A stretch of DNA of 64,000 nt from Gemmatimonas sp. (GTDB lineage Bacteria > Gemmatimonadota > Gemmatimonadetes > Gemmatimonadales > Gemmatimonadaceae): positions 4,128,001-4,192,000 of the forward strand of contig OZ257156.1 in assembly GCA_965279375.1 (NCBI GenBank), in the 5' to 3' direction. Under the pieces are notes generated by a model, which was not told the origin of the DNA, ran no database searches, and was given only the letters and a program-made list of their open reading frames with translations. This document shows, piece after piece, positions 50,590-59,353 of this stretch (position 1 is its first letter; each line of letters begins with the position of its first letter). Made by a program: the position numbers and the translations under genes.

Positions 50590-51699
50590 GTGCAGACCGA
50601 CGGGAGGACCGCGCCGACGGTGATCGTGATCGGCGCAGGCATCGGCGGGCTCGCGTGCGCCGTCGGGCTGCACTTGAACGGCGTGCGAGTGCAGTTGCTC
50701 GAGAAGAGCCGCGGTGTAGGCGGCCGCATGAGCACGCGACGCGAAGCCCCGTGGAGCTTCGATCACGGGGCACCACTGTTGCAGGCGCACAGCGAACGCC
50801 TGCGCAATCAACTGCTCGCGTTCGAGTCCGCTGGCAGACTTGAGCGATACTACGCGTCGTGGATCGGCGTGCCGGGAATGAACGCATTCGCCCGTTCGTT
50901 TGTGGATGATCTCCCTGACACGCCCCATGGTCCGCTCACGCCGACGTTGGGCGCGACGGTGCACTCCATCTCGCGCAGCGATGGTCGCTGGCGCGCGACG
51001 CTCGACGACGGCAACACGTACGACGCCGATGTCATCGTGCTCGCGGTGCCTGCACCGCAGGCCGTGGCCATCCTGCAACGTCGGTCGCTCACGGGCGAAG
51101 GCAACGCTGAGACGAGTGCCGAGGCCCATCTTCCTACGCAAGTCGATACCACTGTCGACCCTATCGCGAGCGCCGTCCAACGTACGTGCGATGCACTGCG
51201 CGCCGTGTACATGACGCCTTGCTGGAGCGTCATGCTTGCGCTCCGCGACGACGTGCCGGACTCCACGCTCGACGGCAGTCTCCTCCCCTCAATCGGCGAT
51301 ACGGAGATGCGCACCTATGCGCAGCATACGCGCCCCGGTCGGAGCAGACGTCCCGCGTTCGTGCTGCACACGAGCGCAGCGTGGACCATTTCGCGGCTCG
51401 AGCAACTGCCAAGCGACATCGAGGCCATCGTGCGTAACGCGATCGCACACGACCAGCCGACGTGGGAGATCGAACACCTGCGCGCGCATCGCTGGCGCTA
51501 TGCACAGGTGACGCGCGGACTTCCGAACGACTTCCTCTGGCACACCGATGCCACGCTTGGCGCCTGCGGCGACTGGGCGCGCGTCAACGATGCGGACGCG
51601 AATGGTATTGAACGAGCGATCGCGAGCGGGCGGGCGCTCGCACGTCAAATCCTGAGTTACTTGGCCGTAGGACCAGCGAGCCGCATTGCAACGAAGTAG
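50590..51699 (+). CDS. Renalase-like FAD-dependent oxidoreductase
   Basis: IGAGIGGL, EKSRGVGGRMSTRR, FDHGA, HRWRYA, CGDW. Confidence 0.85.
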   Translation: MQTDGRTAPTVIVIGAGIGGLACAVGLHLNGVRVQLLEKSRGVGGRMSTRREAPWSFDHGAPLLQAHSERLRNQLLAFESAGRLERYYASWIGVPGMNAFARSFVDDLPDTPHGPLTPTLGATVHSISRSDGRWRATLDDGNTYDADVIVLAVPAPQAVAILQRRSLTGEGNAETSAEAHLPTQVDTTVDPIASAVQRTCDALRAVYMTPCWSVMLALRDDVPDSTLDGSLLPSIGDTEMRTYAQHTRPGRSRRPAFVLHTSAAWTISRLEQLPSDIEAIVRNAIAHDQPTWEIEHLRAHRWRYAQVTRGLPNDFLWHTDATLGACGDWARVNDADANGIERAIASGRALARQILSYLAVGPASRIATK

Positions 51700-51740
51700 G
51701 CAACGGCCCTCCCCTCCCCGCGCACGCGGTCGCAGGCCGA

Positions 51741-51763
51741 CGCCGAGCGCACGACGCTCGGCG
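51741..51763. terminator. Hairpin between convergent genes (terminator-like)
   Basis: CGCCGAGCG-CACGA-CGCTCGGCG; no clear U tract. Confidence 0.45.
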
Positions 51764-51776
51764 GCGCAATTCTCCG

Positions 51777-54587
51777 TTACGGATCGCACCCCGGCGGGAT
51801 GTTTGCCGTGAGGAACCACGCATCCAGTCCGTTGAACGCCCCTGCACCGTTTGTATTGATGCGCGCCCCACGTTGGCGGATAGGATCGGGAGTCCACGAT
51901 GTGCGCGCGCTCCCGGAGAAGTCTGCGCCCGCGGTGCCAATGGCTTCCGACAGCGTCGCACTGAACACGTCCGAGTTTGGCGACACGGTCCCGCGAAAGC
52001 GCGCTCGACATTCCATGCGTTGCTGCGTCGCGTTGTACGTCGAGAACGACAGGAAGACATCCGTGCCGCTTTGCGCGACGCGCCAGAGCGAAATGGGAAA
52101 TCCGGTGGGATGGAGTCCTTGCGTCCACCCGCCGACGAAGTCGTAGATCGTGGTGGTGCCGGGAGCGACGCTGCTCCGGCCGTTGGAGTGAACGCCGATG
52201 CAGTCCGTGCCGGTGTACGTCGACGCGATGCTGCGGTTGGCAATCGTGAAGGTCGCGGTGCCGCTCAACACACCGCTGCAGGGCGAGAACTGATTGAGCG
52301 TAAAGTTCAGCAATTGTTGTCCCACCAGCGTCGCCGACACCGAGCCGCGCGGCCCGTTGAACTGCATCACCTCGTACGTGCCGGTAACTCCGTTCTGGTT
52401 CTGCGTCAGTCGCACGTTGAAGGGCACGTCAACGGGAAGATTGAAACCGGTCGGCGTACGGATGATGCTCGAGAATCGACCGGTGTAGCTGCCGCTGACA
52501 TCGAGCGACGTCCGGTTGAACGCCTGCTGTCCGCACACATCAGTTGCCCCGGCGATGGTGAGACACGCAAGCACGTTGACCTGGAAGCTCGTGTTGCCTG
52601 TCGCAGTCACTGCCACGGTGAACGCGCCCTGTGCATTGCTGTTGGCCGGTGACGGCTTGGCGAAGGACACGCTTGGCTTGTCGCCGGAGAACGTGAGGGT
52701 GACGGGCTGCGGCGTGGTGGTACCCGTGCCGAGCTGGAGTCCAAAGACGACGTCGAGATCATTCGGGAACCCGCTCTGCACCGGATCGGTGAAGTTGCTG
52801 GAGATGGTTCGCACCTGCCCGCAGAGCGACGTCAACACGCTGCTGCGACTCAAGTTGCCGGAGGCGACGCCGAGCGTTTGCGCCTGCACCTGCCAGAAGA
52901 GGACGTTCAGCATGGCAGTGAGACTCTGCTGCGCAGAGCAGAGCTGGTTGTTCTGTTGAACTGCCGCTTGGAGCTTTGGCGCGACCGCGGCTAACCACTG
53001 GTTGCGACGGGAGACGAGCGCCGGGTCGTTGAGCGAAAAGGCCGGCGGACCATAGACGGCGATGGCGGTGACTGACCACTGGTCGTACTCTGCCAATGCC
53101 TGGACGAGCGCCAGATCGGTCGTGGTGGCCTGCAGCATTGGGAGCACGCCAGAGTCGAACCACCCAAGCAGTGCCGCGAGCATCGCTGGGCCCGTGTTGG
53201 GCGCCGCGGCCAACTGCAGGTTGGTATACGCGTCGACGAACCCCTGCGCCGTGTTCGAGCGGGCAAGACCGGGCTGGAGCGACGCGACGTCTTGCAGCGT
53301 ACCGAAGGCCGCGCCAGCTCCCGTGAAGTGCGAGACGGACACGACCACCTCGGTGGAGCGCGATGCCGCGAGTTCGCGCGTCACCTTCGTGCCGTCATCA
53401 TTCATGCTGAACCCCGCGAGCACCAATCCGCTGCGCGCCGGCGCGACGACACTCATGCGAAGCAGTGCGGCCTTCGCGAACTGCAAGCCCGTCGGCTGCA
53501 GATCCGCCGCTGCCACCAAGCCACCGGACAACGGCAAATTGCCGACCGTCGTCATCGGCGTCATGCGAATCGACACCGCTGTGGGCAGCGCACCTGCCGG
53601 CACCTCCAATCGGTACGTGATGCCGCCCGCTGACGTCGTCAGCACGCCGCCGTTGGGTCCGATAGACTGCGTGGTCGCTGCCGCTGTATTCAGCGTCGTT
53701 GTCGCCGGCGTGCGCACGACGATCACCGCAGTGGCCACCCGCCCTTCCACGGTTGCCGTGATGTCGGCTGAGCCACTCCCCACAGCCGTCACCACGCCGC
53801 TCTGACTCACTGTCGCCACCGTCGGCGCGCGCGACGCCCACGCGACAGTCTTTCCCGTGGCGGTCGTGCTGTCGCTGAACTTAATGGTTGGCACAAGCGT
53901 CAGCGTCTCGTTCGGGTTGAGCGTGCGGACGGCGACGTTGAGCGCGATCGATGCAACTCGCCGCGCGACCGTGACCGCGGCGGTTCCAGTCGTGCCGCCG
54001 ATCGTTGCCGAAATGTTGGCGGTCCCGGCCGAGAGCGCCGTCACGCGGCCTGTGCTGGACACGCTCGCCACGGCGGGCGCACTCGACGACCACGTCGCAG
54101 CGCGAGCGCCGCTGCTGCCATTCGAGAAGGTCGCCGTCGCTACGGCGTCCACCGCATCCCCTTCGACGAGTGCCGCACTCACCGGCGCGATGGCCACCGA
54201 CGACACGCCAAGCACGGAGATGTTCGCCGTGGCGCTTCGGCCGCCGACGGTCACCGTAATGATCGCACTACCGGACGCCACCGCGACCACGTTGCCGTCC
54301 GCGCTCACCGTCGCCACCGCCGGTGCGCTCGACGTCCACGCGGGTGTGAACGCCGTTGTGTTTGCACCGTCTGATGTCGTAACGGCCAGCGCAAGCTTGA
54401 CCGACTCGCCGACGATCAGCGACGAACTCGCGGGCGCGATACCGACGGAGGTGATCGACACCGGCGGTACGACTGGCGTCACGGGCGCCGCAGGATCGCC
54501 GCCACCGCCGCCGCAGCGAACGACACCGAAGGCGAGCATGCAGAACGCGGTGGCTTGGCGGCGAAAGCGAGATCGGGTCATCGGCAT
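51777..54587 (-). CDS. Large surface (lipo)protein with three Big_2 Ig-like repeats, a ZU5-like domain and Cys-containing C-terminal domains
   Basis: Signal ending VVRC-GGGGG; three W(T/S/A)S(S/R)APxVA(T/S)VSxxGxVxA repeats; IGPNGG...VPAGAL...PTGLQF...SHFT. Confidence 0.8.
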   Translation of the reverse strand: MPMTRSRFRRQATAFCMLAFGVVRCGGGGGDPAAPVTPVVPPVSITSVGIAPASSSLIVGESVKLALAVTTSDGANTTAFTPAWTSSAPAVATVSADGNVVAVASGSAIITVTVGGRSATANISVLGVSSVAIAPVSAALVEGDAVDAVATATFSNGSSGARAATWSSSAPAVASVSSTGRVTALSAGTANISATIGGTTGTAAVTVARRVASIALNVAVRTLNPNETLTLVPTIKFSDSTTATGKTVAWASRAPTVATVSQSGVVTAVGSGSADITATVEGRVATAVIVVRTPATTTLNTAAATTQSIGPNGGVLTTSAGGITYRLEVPAGALPTAVSIRMTPMTTVGNLPLSGGLVAAADLQPTGLQFAKAALLRMSVVAPARSGLVLAGFSMNDDGTKVTRELAASRSTEVVVSVSHFTGAGAAFGTLQDVASLQPGLARSNTAQGFVDAYTNLQLAAAPNTGPAMLAALLGWFDSGVLPMLQATTTDLALVQALAEYDQWSVTAIAVYGPPAFSLNDPALVSRRNQWLAAVAPKLQAAVQQNNQLCSAQQSLTAMLNVLFWQVQAQTLGVASGNLSRSSVLTSLCGQVRTISSNFTDPVQSGFPNDLDVVFGLQLGTGTTTPQPVTLTFSGDKPSVSFAKPSPANSNAQGAFTVAVTATGNTSFQVNVLACLTIAGATDVCGQQAFNRTSLDVSGSYTGRFSSIIRTPTGFNLPVDVPFNVRLTQNQNGVTGTYEVMQFNGPRGSVSATLVGQQLLNFTLNQFSPCSGVLSGTATFTIANRSIASTYTGTDCIGVHSNGRSSVAPGTTTIYDFVGGWTQGLHPTGFPISLWRVAQSGTDVFLSFSTYNATQQRMECRARFRGTVSPNSDVFSATLSEAIGTAGADFSGSARTSWTPDPIRQRGARINTNGAGAFNGLDAWFLTANIPPGCDP

Positions 54588-54691
54588 GAAGCGGCGTGGG
54601 AAACCATCGTCGGCGGAATCGCCGTCTCACGCAGGAACGCACGTCGCCTGCCGATCTTCTCACCGAAATACGCACCGTCGCGCAAACGCCA

Positions 54692-54765
54692 CACGGGGCG
54701 AGCCGCTCTCGCGACTCGCCCCGTGGACGACTGCTCTTGTGTCGGTGCCCGCCTTCGCGGACACC
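54692..54765 (-). terminator. Tandem hairpins downstream of susD2 (attenuator/stabiliser-like)
   Basis: Minus strand GGTGTCCGC-GAAG-GCGGGCACC, then CACGGGGCGAGTCGC-GAGA-GCGGCTCGCCCCGTG (GNRA loop). The G-U pairs work only on the minus strand. Confidence 0.6.
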
Positions 54766-54785
54766 AGCCCTGCACCGCGCTTCGC

Positions 54786-56042
54786 TTACTTCGCGAAGTT
54801 CGGGTTGTTGTCACGCTCGGCGCGCGGGATCGGGTAGCAGGTCTGGCTGCCCGTTCCCGGGTAACCGGGCTTGAAGTACGGCTGGCCCGTGGCCGTGATG
54901 TACGACGTGGACGACGGCGAGCGACGGAAGTCGGCGAGACGCTTGCCTTCGAGGTAGAACTCGAACGCGCGCTGATTGTAGAGCTCCGTCTTCACGCTGG
55001 CCGCGTCGGTCGCGCCCGCGTACGCCGCCAGACCGGCCGCCGCACGACGCGCGTTGATGAGCGTCAGCTGCTGCGTGACGTTCGCCGACGCTTCGGCCGC
55101 GATGTAGTCCGCTTCGAGCTTTGACGCGAGACGCATCGACGACGCATAGGCCGGGAACTTACGCTGCTCGTGGAAGCCACCCGGCACTGCATCCTGACCC
55201 TGCAGCGTAGTCACGCCGGGCGCGCGAAACGGCACGCGCGAGTCGGTCGTGCGGAACGCCGGCGCCACGCTGACCGAACCACGGTCGAAGGTGAACTGGA
55301 ACAGGCGGTTCGACAGACGCGTGCGCGAGTTGGCATCGTCCGTGTAGCGCATGTCCATGGTGAAGCCAGCCGGAACGGCCGCAGCATCTGCGCCGGCGCC
55401 GGCCAGGTCACCCTTCTGGAGCTTGGCGCGAGCGCGCCCGACCAGCGCGGCATTGGACAGCGCGATGCCGTCCGTCGAGCCGTTCGCCTTGCCCACATCG
55501 ATGCCGCGCGTGAACCAGAACGACGCGGAATCGAGCAGCTGCGCCGTGGTCAACTCAGCGCCACCCGACAGCGAACCGGAGCAGAAGTCCGTGGCCATCA
55601 TCAGGATGGCGAAGCCACGGTAGGTCGCAGCACGCGCGAGGTTGATGTTCGTCGTCGGCGTCGGGAGCGTGAGATCGAGCACCGTCTTGGCCGACGCGGC
55701 CGCGAGGGAGATCGGGGCCCAGACGTCCGTCTGCAGCGAGCCATTGAGGTCGGAGATGGTGCGGAATCCGAACTCGTTACGCGTCGGGAAGGTGTCCGAC
55801 ACGTTGGCTTCGCCGGTGAACCAGGAGCTGTACATCGCGAGCCAGCCCAACGCGGTGGCGAAGTTCTGCTGGGCCGAGTTGGCGAGCGTGGCGGCACCGG
55901 ACGTCGGATCGACCGTGGCGGCGTCGATCACGTTGGGGTTGGTGACCTTCAGGAATTCATCGGAGCAAGCGGTGACGCCAAGCAGGAGCGTGGTGCCCGC
56001 TACAGTGCGCGTAACCGCGCGGCGGATCGAAATCATGATCAT
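54786..56042 (-). CDS. susD: RagB/SusD-family outer membrane lipoprotein
   Basis: Lipobox VTAC, GRARAKL, YIAAEA, QRAFEFYLEGKRLADFRR, PIPRAERDNNPN. Confidence 0.9.
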   Translation of the reverse strand: MIMISIRRAVTRTVAGTTLLLGVTACSDEFLKVTNPNVIDAATVDPTSGAATLANSAQQNFATALGWLAMYSSWFTGEANVSDTFPTRNEFGFRTISDLNGSLQTDVWAPISLAAASAKTVLDLTLPTPTTNINLARAATYRGFAILMMATDFCSGSLSGGAELTTAQLLDSASFWFTRGIDVGKANGSTDGIALSNAALVGRARAKLQKGDLAGAGADAAAVPAGFTMDMRYTDDANSRTRLSNRLFQFTFDRGSVSVAPAFRTTDSRVPFRAPGVTTLQGQDAVPGGFHEQRKFPAYASSMRLASKLEADYIAAEASANVTQQLTLINARRAAAGLAAYAGATDAASVKTELYNQRAFEFYLEGKRLADFRRSPSSTSYITATGQPYFKPGYPGTGSQTCYPIPRAERDNNPNFAK

Positions 56043-56049
56043 CTGGCGG

Positions 56050-59000
56050 TTAGAAGGTGAGATTGAAGCGCAGGACCGTCTTCTGCGGATTCGGCATCGT
56101 GAGGAAGTCTTCGCGCGAGAATGCACCCGCGGCGGAGATCACTTCCGGGTCGAAGCCCGAGTAGTCCGTCCAGAGCTTGACGTTCTGCATCGCGAACGTG
56201 ATGGACGCGGCATCGACACGGCCACCGAGACGCTTCGTCAGCGACGTCGGGATGCTGTACGTCGCCGAGATTTCACGAAGGCGGATGAAGTCACCCTTCT
56301 CGAGGTACGCGTCGCGCACGTCGTTGACGGTGGCGTTGTTGCCCTTGTTCGTGACGAACGCCGGCTGACCAGGGGTCAGGTTGCCGTAGCGACGGAGACG
56401 TTCCGTGGCCGACAGAACCGTCGGGTCGAGGCGGAGGTTCGAGCGGACCAGCTGCGTCTCACGGAAGAACGCCGTGTTGTTGTAGACCACGAAGTCGCGC
56501 TTGGAGTCGAGCAACGCGTTCAGGCGGATGTTCTTGAAGAGCGTCACCGTGTTGGTGAGGTTCCACTCGAGCGTCGGGAACAGGTTGCCCACCGGCGCGA
56601 GCGTGTCGCTGACGATGACCTTGTTGTTGGCCACGTCGATCGACTCGATGCGCTTGGAGACCTGCACGCCGAGCTGCTGGCCGACGATCGTCCGACCCGT
56701 GCCGCCGAGGGCGAACGGAAGCACGGTACCGAGCGACGTGAGTTCGTTGTGCAGCGTGTTGGCGCCGGCACGTACGTCCCACTTCAGGTTGGCCGTGTTG
56801 ATGGCGTTCACGTTCACCGCGAGTTCCAAGCCGCTGTTCTCGACCGCGCCGATGTTGGCCAGCGGGTTGGACGAGAAGCCGAGCGACGGCGGAATCGGGC
56901 GAGCGATGATCAGGTCCTTCGTGGTCTTCTTGAAGTACGTCAGTTCAGCAGAGACGCGGTTGTTGAAGAAGCCGGCGTCGAGGCCTGCTTCGAATTCGCT
57001 GCCGCGTTCCGGCTTGAGGTCGGCGTTACCCGGGTTGCCCGGGACAGCGCCTGCACCGGTGGAGCCGGTGATGTTGAACGGCGCGGCCACGAGCGTCGTG
57101 AGCGCGTCGCCCGGGTTCGGCGAACGGCCCGTCGTGCCGTAAGCGGCGCGGAGCCGGAGCGTGTTGACCAAGCCCGCGAGCGGCTGGAAGAAGTCTTCTT
57201 CGGAGATGGCCCAGCTGCCGCCAACCTTCGGCAGCACGAACGCCGGCGCCGTGGCACCGAACGACGAATTCTTGTCGATGCGGACACCCACCTGCAGGAA
57301 GCGCTTGTTCTGGTTGCCGATCTGCAGCTGCGACAGGTACCCGTACTGGCGCTGCTCGGTGAAGCCGCCGCCGCCCGTGGTGGTGGCCGCGGAGCCGACC
57401 GAGTTGTTGCTGTTCGTCACGAAGCCAATGCCCGTCGCGGTCAGGTTGCCGTTACGCGTCGAGATGACCTGCAGACCGAAGGACAGGTTGGTTTCCCACG
57501 CCGCGCCCCAGCCCTTCTTCATGTTGCCCAGGTAGTCGAACGTGTAGCGTTCGGCGTTGCGCGACGTGGAGGCGTTGCTGCCGCCGTCCGTGAGGCCGCC
57601 GTACCAGAGGCTGTCGTTCTTGGGGAAGAAGCTGCGCTGGTCGTCGTTGGCGTAGTCCATGCCCGCAGTGAAGCGGTTGGTGAACCACGACACCGGCACG
57701 TAGTTGGCCGTGATCGACGTCGTCACACGCTTGGTGAGCAGGCGGCGCTGGATCGAGTTGATCGCGTTGTAGTGGCGATTGCTGAACCAGCCATCCTGCG
57801 TCAGCGCGCCGGTCGGCGAGTCGTTGCGCGTGGCCGGGCTGCCGAGCAGCGCGCCACCGAGCCAACCGAAGATGTTGTTGTCGTTGTCCGGCAGGTCGAC
57901 CAAGCTCTGCGTGAGGCCCAATCCAATATCGAAGTTGAGCTTCTGGTTCGCGATGTAGTTGACGTTCGTGCGGACGTTGTAGCGGTTGTAGCGGTTGTTC
58001 GGGAGCGTGCCGGCCGTGTTGTCCGAGCCATACGACAGGTTGTAGCCGTAGTTCTGGCCACCGCCACGTGCGCTCCAATTGATGATGCGATCCTTGCCGT
58101 CACGCAGCGCACCGACGCGCTGGAGCGGGTTGTCGCTGACGAGCGCGTTGAGCGCCTGGCCGCGGCAGAGCGGATTCGTGCTCGTGGGCGCGATGAGCGC
58201 GGCCGTGCAATTGGCGTAGTTGCTGAGCGGCGTGAAGTTGGCGTCGATCGTGCCGCCTTCCAAGCGGAGGTTCTGCTGGAAAGAGCTCGAGCCCGCGCGG
58301 CCCTTCTTGGTGATGATCTGGATCACGCCGGCGCTGGCGTCTGCTCCGTAGAGCGTCGCCGCGGCCGGGCCCTTCACGACTTCAATGCTCTCGATCTCTT
58401 CGGGATTGATGTCGTTCATGCGATCGAACACCTGACCTGACTGGCCAGAGCCGATCGTGCCTTCGTTGATGCGCACGCCGTCGATGAAGAGCAACGGCTG
58501 GTTGGACAGGTTGATGGACGACGCGCCGCGAATACGGATCGTGTTGCCCGTGCCCGCGGTGCCCGACTGCGACGAAAGCGCAACGCCCGGCACGCGCGAC
58601 TGCAGCAGATTCGCCACGCTGCTGATCGGCGCGTCCTTGATGACGTCGGCCGCGGAGACCGAGGCCACGAGCGCGGCCTGCGCCTTACGCTCCTGATTGC
58701 CGGCCGTACCGGTCACGACGAGTTCGGACAGCGTCACGAGGCTCGCGTTCATGCCGATGTTGGCCGTCACCGTCTGTCCCGCCACCACGGTCACCGTGTC
58801 CGACGCCGTCTTGTAGCCGAGCCGGAACGAGGCCACGATTACACGGCCCGGACGCACGTTGTTGAACCGGAAGTCGCCGGCCGTGTTGGACTGCGCCTCA
58901 CCTGCCGCTCCGGACAACACGAGCCGCGCGTCGGCGATCGGCTGCCTGGTGGCTGCGTCGGTCACCTTGCCGACGATCGTTCCCGTCTGCGCCAACACCG

Positions 59001-59073
59001 CGCCGAAGGGAGTGAAGACAAACAGGGCGGCGGCGAGTGAACGCAGCCTCCGCGAACGCGTTCGATTGGTCAT
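56050..59073 (-). CDS. susC: SusC/RagA-family TonB-dependent outer membrane transporter
   Basis: DINPEEIESIEVVKGPAAATLYGADASAGVIQIITKKG, NADLKPE, C-terminal FNLTF; AGGAG RBS before ATG 59073. Confidence 0.95.
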   Translation of the reverse strand: MTNRTRSRRLRSLAAALFVFTPFGAVLAQTGTIVGKVTDAATRQPIADARLVLSGAAGEAQSNTAGDFRFNNVRPGRVIVASFRLGYKTASDTVTVVAGQTVTANIGMNASLVTLSELVVTGTAGNQERKAQAALVASVSAADVIKDAPISSVANLLQSRVPGVALSSQSGTAGTGNTIRIRGASSINLSNQPLLFIDGVRINEGTIGSGQSGQVFDRMNDINPEEIESIEVVKGPAAATLYGADASAGVIQIITKKGRAGSSSFQQNLRLEGGTIDANFTPLSNYANCTAALIAPTSTNPLCRGQALNALVSDNPLQRVGALRDGKDRIINWSARGGGQNYGYNLSYGSDNTAGTLPNNRYNRYNVRTNVNYIANQKLNFDIGLGLTQSLVDLPDNDNNIFGWLGGALLGSPATRNDSPTGALTQDGWFSNRHYNAINSIQRRLLTKRVTTSITANYVPVSWFTNRFTAGMDYANDDQRSFFPKNDSLWYGGLTDGGSNASTSRNAERYTFDYLGNMKKGWGAAWETNLSFGLQVISTRNGNLTATGIGFVTNSNNSVGSAATTTGGGGFTEQRQYGYLSQLQIGNQNKRFLQVGVRIDKNSSFGATAPAFVLPKVGGSWAISEEDFFQPLAGLVNTLRLRAAYGTTGRSPNPGDALTTLVAAPFNITGSTGAGAVPGNPGNADLKPERGSEFEAGLDAGFFNNRVSAELTYFKKTTKDLIIARPIPPSLGFSSNPLANIGAVENSGLELAVNVNAINTANLKWDVRAGANTLHNELTSLGTVLPFALGGTGRTIVGQQLGVQVSKRIESIDVANNKVIVSDTLAPVGNLFPTLEWNLTNTVTLFKNIRLNALLDSKRDFVVYNNTAFFRETQLVRSNLRLDPTVLSATERLRRYGNLTPGQPAFVTNKGNNATVNDVRDAYLEKGDFIRLREISATYSIPTSLTKRLGGRVDAASITFAMQNVKLWTDYSGFDPEVISAAGAFSREDFLTMPNPQKTVLRFNLTF

Positions 59074-59183
59074 CAACGACTCCTGACTACGGATGGGGAG
59101 CGCGGCCCCACCTAGGGGTCGCCGTGTACCGGCAGCGCTGGGAAACTCAGTACTGAGAACCGCACCGGACGGCACAGCATGCG

Positions 59184-59211
59184 AACGTACGCTGTTACCG
59201 ATTCGTGTCAA
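59184..59211 (-). promoter_or_regulatory. Putative sigma70 promoter of susC2
   Basis: Minus strand TTGACA (59211-59206), 16 nt, TACGTT (59189-59184). Confidence 0.62.
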
Positions 59212-59353
59212 TAGAAATTCGCCCCTCATCCCAGCAGAATTCCACGTACCAAGGCTCTTTCGCGACTTGTCGCTGCGGATCGCGATTTCCGCGTTACAGC
59301 AGAGCGACGAAGACTGGACTGGAAGAGCTAGTCTGCCGCTCAGTCGTCGTCAC

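Noticed and set aside
55642..58440. 932 aa plus-strand ORF
   Set aside because: Antisense shadow of susC2/susD2 caused by high-GC codon bias; Arg/Val-rich with no recognisable motifs.
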